Below, piece after piece: positions 27,922 through 33,613 of a stretch of DNA of 33,613 nucleotides. How positions within the stretch are numbered: position 1 is the first letter of the stretch; every line of letters begins with the position of its first letter. Below the pieces are notes generated by a model, which made no database searches, was not told where the DNA came from, and saw only the letters and a program-made list of their open reading frames with translations. The stretch comes from Candidatus Rokuibacteriota bacterium. GTDB taxonomy: Bacteria > Methylomirabilota > Methylomirabilia > Rokubacteriales > CSP1-6. The stretch lies in NCBI GenBank assembly GCA_003221595.1, contig QHSM01000332.1:1-33613 (forward strand), written 5' to 3'. The position numbers were made by a program, and so were the translations under genes.

Positions 27922-29568
27922 ATGGCGAAGCGGGCGCACGTCTACCCCCAGGTCGAGCTCGCGGCGGTGGACCTGGTCGACGTCCCGGTCGCGGTGGCTT
28001 CGGCGGAGGTCACCGTGGCCGACGCGCTGACCCTCGCGCGCAAGCGCAACGCCGGATGGCTCGCGGCGGGCGACGCGTCCGTGCTGCGCGAAGACCTGGC
28101 GCGCGCCGTGTCGCTCGGACTCGGGGAGCTCCGCGCCGCGGAGATCGCGCGCCCGCTGCCCGTGATCGACGCGGGCGCCGGCGAGGCGGCGGTGCGCCGT
28201 CTGCTCGCCGCGGGCGCTCCGCTCGTCACCGTGCGTGGTCCGAAGGGGCCGGCCGGCGCCGTCAGCAGCCGCCTCGTCGGCGGCGCGCTGGCCGACGCCT
28301 CGGCGGCGGGCCGGATGAATCGCGGTCTCCCGGCAGACGTGCGGGACCTGCTCACGACCATCGGCCGGATCGCGGACGAGCACGACGGCCGGGCGTTCCT
28401 GGTGGGCGGGCTCGTCCGAGATCTGTGGCGCGACGCGACGATCGAGCGGCGTGATCTCGACATCGTGGTGGAGGGCGATGGACCCACCGTGGCCCGCCGT
28501 CTCGCCCGCGCGGTCGGCGGCTCGGTCGTCGAGCACCGCCGCTTCCTGACGGCGTCGATCGAGACGCGCGCGTTCGGGCGGATCGACGTGGCGACGTCGC
28601 GCTCGGAGCGCTACGAGTCTCCGGGCGCGCTGCCGCGCGTGATGCCGGCGAGCATCGGCGAGGACCTCCGGCGGCGCGATTTCACGGTGAACGCCATGGC
28701 GATCGAGCTGGCGTCAGGGGAGTTCGGTCTGATCGATCCGCTCGGCGGGCGGGTGGATCTGGCGCGACGCCGGCTTCGCACGCTCCACCCGCTCTCGTAC
28801 GTCGAGGACCCGACTCGGATCTTCCGCGCCGCGCGCTACGCGGCCCGCCTTGGGCTCTCGCCGGACCGCGCCACGGCTCGGGCCGCGTCGCTCGCGCTGC
28901 GCCTCGCCCCGTATCCCGCGCTGGCGGGCCAGCGAATCGCCGCCGAGATCGAGCACATCCTGAGCGAGACCAGGGCCGGGGACATCCTCGCCGGGCTCGG
29001 GCGCTCCGGAGCCTTTCGCCTTCTCGACCCGCGCTACCGGTTCACCGCGACGAGCCGTCGCCGCGTGGGCGAGCTTCCCGGCGCCCTGGCCTGGGCGGAC
29101 GGGCACGCCCTCGACGTCGACGCCGTCGGACTGGCCGCGCTTGCCCTCGTCGACGGCCAGCCACCGGTCGTCGCGGACGCGGCGCTCGCCCGGCTCGGCT
29201 TCTCCGGTGGGCCGCTGGCCGTCCTCAAGCGCGCCCAGGCGACCGGCGGGGCGCTCGCCGCAGAGCTCGCCCGGGCCTCGGCGCCCAGCGCGCGCGCGCG
29301 GCGGCTCCGCGGCCGCGCGCCCCTCGAGCTCGCCTGGCTCTGGCTCTCGGGCGGGCAGGACCTGCGCGGGGCGCTCGACTGGTTCGTCGGCATCGACCCG
29401 CGCCTCGTGTCCCTGGACGGCGACGACGTGGTCGCCCTCGGCGTCCCGCGAGGCCCGGCGGTGGCTCGCGTGCTGGCCGAGGTGCGTGACGCGCGTCTCG
29501 ACGGCACCCTGGTGAACCGCGCGATGGAAGAGGAGCATGTCCGACAATGGTTGGCGAGAGGAGGATGA
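27922..29568 (+). CDS. CBS-pair domain + poly(A) polymerase/CCA-adding (PolyA_pol head) family nucleotidyltransferase
   Basis: ATG 27922 lies 2 nt after the xerD stop. The N-terminal ~130 aa form a degenerate CBS-like pair. The nucleotidyltransferase signature is [13 protein letters not shown]...RDLDIVVEG, followed by [11 protein letters not shown] and [17 protein letters not shown]. Confidence 0.7.
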   Translation: MAKRAHVYPQVELAAVDLVDVPVAVASAEVTVADALTLARKRNAGWLAAGDASVLREDLARAVSLGLGELRAAEIARPLPVIDAGAGEAAVRRLLAAGAPLVTVRGPKGPAGAVSSRLVGGALADASAAGRMNRGLPADVRDLLTTIGRIADEHDGRAFLVGGLVRDLWRDATIERRDLDIVVEGDGPTVARRLARAVGGSVVEHRRFLTASIETRAFGRIDVATSRSERYESPGALPRVMPASIGEDLRRRDFTVNAMAIELASGEFGLIDPLGGRVDLARRRLRTLHPLSYVEDPTRIFRAARYAARLGLSPDRATARAASLALRLAPYPALAGQRIAAEIEHILSETRAGDILAGLGRSGAFRLLDPRYRFTATSRRRVGELPGALAWADGHALDVDAVGLAALALVDGQPPVVADAALARLGFSGGPLAVLKRAQATGGALAAELARASAPSARARRLRGRAPLELAWLWLSGGQDLRGALDWFVGIDPRLVSLDGDDVVALGVPRGPAVARVLAEVRDARLDGTLVNRAMEEEHVRQWLARGG

Positions 29569-31183
29569 GTTGGCCCCGAAATACATCTTCGTGACCGGCG
29601 GCGTCGTCTCGTCTCTGGGCAAGGGTCTGGCCGCGGCCTCGGTCGGTGCGCTCCTGGAGGCGCGCGGCTTCCGTGTGACGCTGCAGAAGATGGATCCCTA
29701 CATCAACGTCGATGCGGGGACCATGAGCCCGTACCAGCACGGCGAGGTCTTCGTGACCGACGACGGCGGCGAGACCGACCTCGACCTCGGTCACTACGAG
29801 CGCTTCACCTCGAGTCGCGTCACCCGCGACCACAACGTGACGACGGGAAAGGTCTACTACTCGGTCATCCAGAAGGAGCGCCGGGGCGACTATCTGGGCC
29901 GGACCGTCCAGGTCATTCCGCACATCACCGACGAGATCAAGGCGGCCATCCGAAAAGTCGCCCGCGACACCGACGTCGTCATCGTCGAGGTCGGCGGCAC
30001 CGTCGGCGACATCGAGGGGCTGCCCTTCCTGGAAGCGGTCCGCCAGTTCAAGAAGGACGCCGGGCGTGACAACTGCATCTACGTGCACCTGACGCTCGTC
30101 CCGTACATTCAGGCGGCCTCCGAGCTCAAGACGAAGGCCACCCAGCATTCGGTCAAGGAGCTGCGGGCGATCGGCATCCAGCCCGACATCCTGCTCTGTC
30201 GCACCGACCGCTTCCTGCCGCCCGGGATCAAGTCGAAGATCGCGCTCTTCTGCGACGTCGAGGAGGAGGCCGTGATCACGGCCAAGGACGTCGACTCGAT
30301 CTACGAGGTGCCGCTCGTCTTCCATCGAGAGGGGCTCGACGAGATCATCGTGAAGCTCCTGGGGCTCGAGCCGCGCCGGATCGACCTGTCACGCTGGGAG
30401 AGCGTCGTGCGCCGGGTCAAGTCGCCGCGCGCGGAGACGCGCATCGCCGTCGTGGGCAAGTACGTCGAGCTGAGGGACTCCTACAAGAGCCTGGTGGAGG
30501 CGATCGCGCACGGCGGTATCGCGAACGAGGCGCGCGTGGACGTGCAGTGGGTGGACGCCGAGCACATCGAGCGCGACGGCGCCGAGGCGCAGTTCGCGGG
30601 CATCCACGGCATCCTGGTGCCCGGCGGCTTCGGGGACCGCGGGATCCTGGGCAAGATCGAGGCGGTGCGCTATGCGCGGGAGCGGCGCGTGCCGTATCTG
30701 GGCATCTGCCTGGGCATGCAGTGCGCGGTCATCGAGTACGCGAGAAATGTCTGCGGCCTCGCCGGCGCGAGCTCGTCCGAGTTCGATCCGGCCGCGCCCC
30801 ATCTGGTGATCGACCTCCTGCCGGAGCAGCGCAGGGTGGCCGACAAGGGCGGCACGATGCGGCTCGGGCTCTACCCGATCGTGCTCGGCGAGGGCAGCCT
30901 GGCCTCGCGCCTGTACGGCCAGGGGATCATCCAGGAGCGCCACCGCCACCGCTACGAGGTGAACAACGACTACCTCTCCCGGCTCGAGAAGGCCGGTCTC
31001 CGCATCTCCGGCATCTGGGCGGAAAAGCAGCTCGTCGAGATCATCGAGATCCCCGAGCACCCGTACTTCGTGGCCGGGCAATTCCACCCGGAGTTCCGCT
31101 CGCGGCCGTGGGAGCCGCACCCGCTCTTCGCCGGATTCGTGCGGGCCGCCCTGGAGCACACGAGCGAGGTGAACCGCGCATGA
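29537..31183 (+). CDS. pyrG: CTP synthase
   Basis: Motifs include [16 protein letters not shown], the glutamine amidotransferase motif GICLGMQ, and HRHRYE. ATG 29537 is the tracked start. TTG 29570 ([11 protein letters not shown]), 4 nt after GGAGGA (29560-29565) and just past the upstream stop, is at least as likely. Confidence 0.95.
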   Translation: MSDNGWREEDELAPKYIFVTGGVVSSLGKGLAAASVGALLEARGFRVTLQKMDPYINVDAGTMSPYQHGEVFVTDDGGETDLDLGHYERFTSSRVTRDHNVTTGKVYYSVIQKERRGDYLGRTVQVIPHITDEIKAAIRKVARDTDVVIVEVGGTVGDIEGLPFLEAVRQFKKDAGRDNCIYVHLTLVPYIQAASELKTKATQHSVKELRAIGIQPDILLCRTDRFLPPGIKSKIALFCDVEEEAVITAKDVDSIYEVPLVFHREGLDEIIVKLLGLEPRRIDLSRWESVVRRVKSPRAETRIAVVGKYVELRDSYKSLVEAIAHGGIANEARVDVQWVDAEHIERDGAEAQFAGIHGILVPGGFGDRGILGKIEAVRYARERRVPYLGICLGMQCAVIEYARNVCGLAGASSSEFDPAAPHLVIDLLPEQRRVADKGGTMRLGLYPIVLGEGSLASRLYGQGIIQERHRHRYEVNNDYLSRLEKAGLRISGIWAEKQLVEIIEIPEHPYFVAGQFHPEFRSRPWEPHPLFAGFVRAALEHTSEVNRA

Positions 31184-32034
31184 GCGGCCCGGCGGCGACC
31201 GAGGTCGTCCGCGTCGGCGCCATCACCATCGGCGGCGGGGCGCCGCTGGTGCTGATCGGCGGGCCGTGCGCGATCGAAGACGAGAAGCACGCGCTGATGA
31301 CGGCCGAGCGGCTGGCGAAGATCGCGGCGGACCGGCGCGTGTCGTTCATCTACAAGTCGTCGTACGACAAGGCGAACCGCTCGTCGATCAACAGCTACCG
31401 GGGACCGGGGCTCCGCGAGGGGCTTCGCATCCTGCGCAAGGTGCGCGACACGCTGCGCCTTCCGGTGCTCTCGGACGTCCACCAGGTGTCCGAGGTGGCG
31501 CCGGCGGCGGAGGTGCTCGACGTGCTGCAGATTCCCGCCTTCCTCTGCCGGCAGACCGACCTCGTCCTGGCGGTCGCGCAGACCGGAAAGCCGATCAACG
31601 TCAAGAAGGGCCAGTTCGTCGCGCCCGGCGACATGAAGAACGTCGTCGACAAGATCCTCTCGGTGGGAAACCGCTCGATCCTTCTGACCGAGCGGGGCGC
31701 CTCCTTCGGGTACCATAACCTCGTGGTCGACATGCGCGGCCTCGCGATCATGCGCGCCCTCGGTTTTCCCGTCGTCTTCGACGCGACCCACTCGGTGCAG
31801 CTGCCGGGTGGCGCCGGCGATCGATCGGGCGGCGAGCGTCAGTACGTTCCGGCGCTCGCGCGCGCGGCGGTGGCGTTCGGCGTCGACGCGCTCTTCATGG
31901 AGATGCACGAGGATCCCGACCGGACGCTGCCCGACGGTCGGCCGCTCTCCGACGGCCCGAACATGCTCCGCATCGACGATCTGCCGCGCGTGCTGCAACA
32001 GCTCCAGGCCATCGAGTCGGCGGTTCGCGCGTGA
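31180..32034 (+). CDS. kdsA: 3-deoxy-8-phosphooctulonate (KDO8P) synthase
   Basis: ATG 31180 overlaps the pyrG stop (ATGA). Signature blocks are [43 protein letters not shown] and [12 protein letters not shown]. Confidence 0.9.
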   Translation: MSGPAATEVVRVGAITIGGGAPLVLIGGPCAIEDEKHALMTAERLAKIAADRRVSFIYKSSYDKANRSSINSYRGPGLREGLRILRKVRDTLRLPVLSDVHQVSEVAPAAEVLDVLQIPAFLCRQTDLVLAVAQTGKPINVKKGQFVAPGDMKNVVDKILSVGNRSILLTERGASFGYHNLVVDMRGLAIMRALGFPVVFDATHSVQLPGGAGDRSGGERQYVPALARAAVAFGVDALFMEMHEDPDRTLPDGRPLSDGPNMLRIDDLPRVLQQLQAIESAVRA

Positions 32035-33011
32035 GCGCCGAGCGCGCGCCCGACGTGCGGAAGATCGCCGAGCGCGTGTTCCGTCTCGAGGCCGACGCCA
32101 TCCTGGGCCTCATCCCGAAGCTCGACGAGCGCTTCGAGGAGGCGGTCGAGGTGCTCCGCGGCTGCGGCGGGCGCGTCATCGTCACCGGCATGGGCAAGTC
32201 GGGACTGATCGGACGCAAGATCGCGGCGACCCTCGCGTCGACCGGAACCCCCGCGTACTTCCTGCACCCCGCCGAGGGCGTGCACGGCGATCTCGGCATG
32301 GTGGCCCGGGGCGACGTGGTGGTCGCGCTGTCGAACTCCGGCGAGACGGATGAGGTACTCGCGATCCTGCCGCTCCTCAAACGGCTCGGCGTTCCCATCG
32401 TGCTCCTCACGGGAAATCCGGGCTCCGCGCTCGCGCGCCAGTGCGAGGTCGTCCTGGACGTCGGCGTGCCCGAGGAGGCCTGCCCGATGAACCTGGCGCC
32501 GACGTCGAGCACGACGGCAGCCCTGGCGGCCGGGGACGCGCTCGCGCTGGCGCTGCTCGAGCTGCGCGGACTCCGCCCCGAGGACTACGCTGCGCTGCAC
32601 CCCCGCGGGGCGCTCGGCTGGCGATCCCTGTTCCGGGTGGCGGACCTGATGCTCACGGGCGACGCCGTCCCGATCGTGCCCGACACGACGCCACTGCGCG
32701 AGGTCATCGTCGAGATTACCCAGAAGCGCAAGGGCATGACGACCGTGGTCGACCGCGAGGGGCGGCTCCTCGGTGTCATCACCGATGGCGACCTCCGGCG
32801 ACTGCACCTGAGCGGGGGCCCGATCGAGAGCCTCACCGCCGCGCAGGTGGCCAGCCGCGAGCCCAAAGTGATCCGCGCCGAGGACCTGGCCGCGAAGGCG
32901 CTGGAGGTAATGGAGACCTGGCAGATCACGAGTCTGGTGATCGTCGACCAAGCTCGACGGCCCGTCGGGCTCATTCACATGCACGACGTCCTTCGGGCCA
33001 AGATCGTATAG
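32031..33011 (+). CDS. kdsD: arabinose-5-phosphate isomerase (KpsF/GutQ/KdsD family: SIS domain + CBS pair)
   Basis: GTG 32031 overlaps the kdsA stop (GTGA). The SIS-domain blocks are [39 protein letters not shown] and SNSGET, followed by a C-terminal CBS pair. Confidence 0.85.
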   Translation: MSAERAPDVRKIAERVFRLEADAILGLIPKLDERFEEAVEVLRGCGGRVIVTGMGKSGLIGRKIAATLASTGTPAYFLHPAEGVHGDLGMVARGDVVVALSNSGETDEVLAILPLLKRLGVPIVLLTGNPGSALARQCEVVLDVGVPEEACPMNLAPTSSTTAALAAGDALALALLELRGLRPEDYAALHPRGALGWRSLFRVADLMLTGDAVPIVPDTTPLREVIVEITQKRKGMTTVVDREGRLLGVITDGDLRRLHLSGGPIESLTAAQVASREPKVIRAEDLAAKALEVMETWQITSLVIVDQARRPVGLIHMHDVLRAKIV

Positions 33012-33057
33012 TTTTCGGGGTGTTTCCGCTTTTTTAGCTTTCCCTCTTGTGCTAGCG

Positions 33058-33073
33058 TGGTACCAAAATTGCA
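33058..33073 (+). promoter_or_regulatory. near-consensus sigma54 (RpoN) -24/-12 element TGGTAC-N5-TTGCA
   Basis: The sequence gcgTGGTACcaaaaTTGCActc matches TGGCAC-N5-TTGCW at 10 of 11 specified positions (one C-to-T mismatch). The canonical 10 nt separate GG and GC. It is intergenic, 36 nt upstream of the lptC ATG. Confidence 0.5.
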
Positions 33074-33098
33074 CTCAGACACGACTTCCCCTTAGAAT
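33069..33098 (+). promoter_or_regulatory. sigma70-type promoter of lptC: -35 TTGCAC, 18-nt spacer, -10 TAGAAT, 10 nt to ATG
   Basis: The sequence reads TTGCACtcagacacgacttcccctTAGAATcgacagagcgATG. The -35 hexamer is the same DNA as the sigma54 -12 element. Confidence 0.45.
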
Positions 33099-33108
33099 CG
33101 ACAGAGCG

Positions 33109-33613
33109 ATGAAGAGACATCGACTGGCTAGCGGCATTCTCGGAATCGTCGGCGCCTTCGTGCTCCTGGTGGCCTGCACCCTGATCGCCAAGAGCCGAAC
33201 GGCACCCATCGAGCCCGTCGGGCCCGCCGCTTCGAGCGCCGATCTCCGGATCAAGGAAGCCAAGATCGAGGAAGACACGGGCGGGGTGCGCTGGCGTCTC
33301 ACGGCCGACCAGGTGCTGATCTTCGAAGCCGAGGGGCGCACCGCGCTCCGGAACATCTCGGTCCAGGTATTCGAGCGTGACCGCACGTGGCACATCGTCG
33401 GCGAAGAGGGCGACCTGTTCCAGGCCACCAAGAACCTCGAAATCCGGAAAAACGTCGTGATCACCTCGAACGACGGCCTCAAGCTGGAGACCAGCGTCCT
33501 GCGCTGGCAGGCCGCCGAGAAGCGGCTCTGGTCGGACGCGCCGGTGCGCCTCTCGCGCGACGGCGCCACGGCCGAAGGCACGGCGCTCGACGTGCGGACC
33601 GCCGACGGCGCCT
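33109..33613 (+). CDS. lptC: LPS export ABC transporter periplasmic protein LptC (5' part; continues past the window end)
   Basis: This gene is not in the ORF track because no stop lies in the window. The product is MKRHRLASGILGIVGAFVLLVACTLIA (N-terminal anchor) followed by ...WRLTADQVLIFEAEGRTALRNISVQVFERD...LEIRKNVVITSNDGLKLETSVLRWQAAEKRLWSDAPVRLSRDGATAEGTALDV, a typical LptC/OstA-like fold pattern. Its position after kdsD supports the call. Confidence 0.7.
   Translation, partial: MKRHRLASGILGIVGAFVLLVACTLIAKSRTAPIEPVGPAASSADLRIKEAKIEEDTGGVRWRLTADQVLIFEAEGRTALRNISVQVFERDRTWHIVGEEGDLFQATKNLEIRKNVVITSNDGLKLETSVLRWQAAEKRLWSDAPVRLSRDGATAEGTALDVRTADGA

Noticed and set aside
33009-33038. The T6 tract (33030-33035) after kdsD as an intrinsic terminator.
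   Set aside because: The preceding potential stem has only 3 G-C pairs plus 2 G-U pairs (cgggg/tttccg) with a 3-nt loop. That is too weak to call. It may contribute to partial termination, but it is unsupported.
33012-33108. The absence of kdsC between kdsD and lptC as an anomaly.
   Set aside because: The kdsD-kdsC-lptC order is an enterobacterial arrangement, and kdsC is frequently located elsewhere. The 97-nt gap is fully accounted for by promoter elements, so nothing indicates a deletion.

Overview
This is a 33.6-kb, roughly 70% GC, gene-dense chromosomal segment from a diderm (LPS-making) bacterium. I cannot place the lineage from sequence alone. Almost all of it is core housekeeping. 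In order, it holds a ferritin-like diiron protein, the base-excision nucleases nfo and nth, a DUF4149-like membrane protein, and a small regulator-like protein with a basic repeat tail. Next come a four-gene TolC / HlyD-adaptor / ABC-ATPase / FtsX-permease (MacAB-TolC-type) efflux operon, the class II (B12) ribonucleotide reductase nrdJ, a 100-aa orphan ORF, an NCS2/AzgA-like permease, a monohaem cytochrome c and Ppx/GppA. These are followed by an HNH nuclease ahead of uvrB-uvrC, an 84-aa secreted protein, leuS-lptE-holA plus a neutral-ceramidase-like exported protein, rpsT, murJ, xerD, and a CBS + CCA/poly(A)-polymerase-family nucleotidyltransferase. The window ends with the envelope block pyrG-kdsA-kdsD-lptC. 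I saw no rRNA, tRNA, CRISPR, IS/transposon, prophage or recognisable defence/toxin module, and I do not find a convincing new multi-gene system. Five things stand out. (1) A TGnTAnnnT extended -10 box recurs 6-8 nt from start codons, implying pervasive leaderless transcription. (2) The tolC/nrdJ divergent control region is dense with signals: a palindrome on the tolC -10, three 11-bp-phased direct repeats and paired NrdR-like boxes. (3) A near-consensus sigma54 -24/-12 element overlaps a sigma70-like promoter in front of lptC. (4) Four conserved genes carry separate lesions: a uvrC internal deletion plus frameshift, a 1-nt frameshift in the diiron gene, an adaptor with no N-terminal anchor, and a permease with no canonical start. 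These may be real decay or assembly error. (5) leuS contains an in-frame segment that is flanked by inverted repeats, rich in G tracts and atypical in codon usage. All functional calls come from motif recognition by eye, not from database searches.
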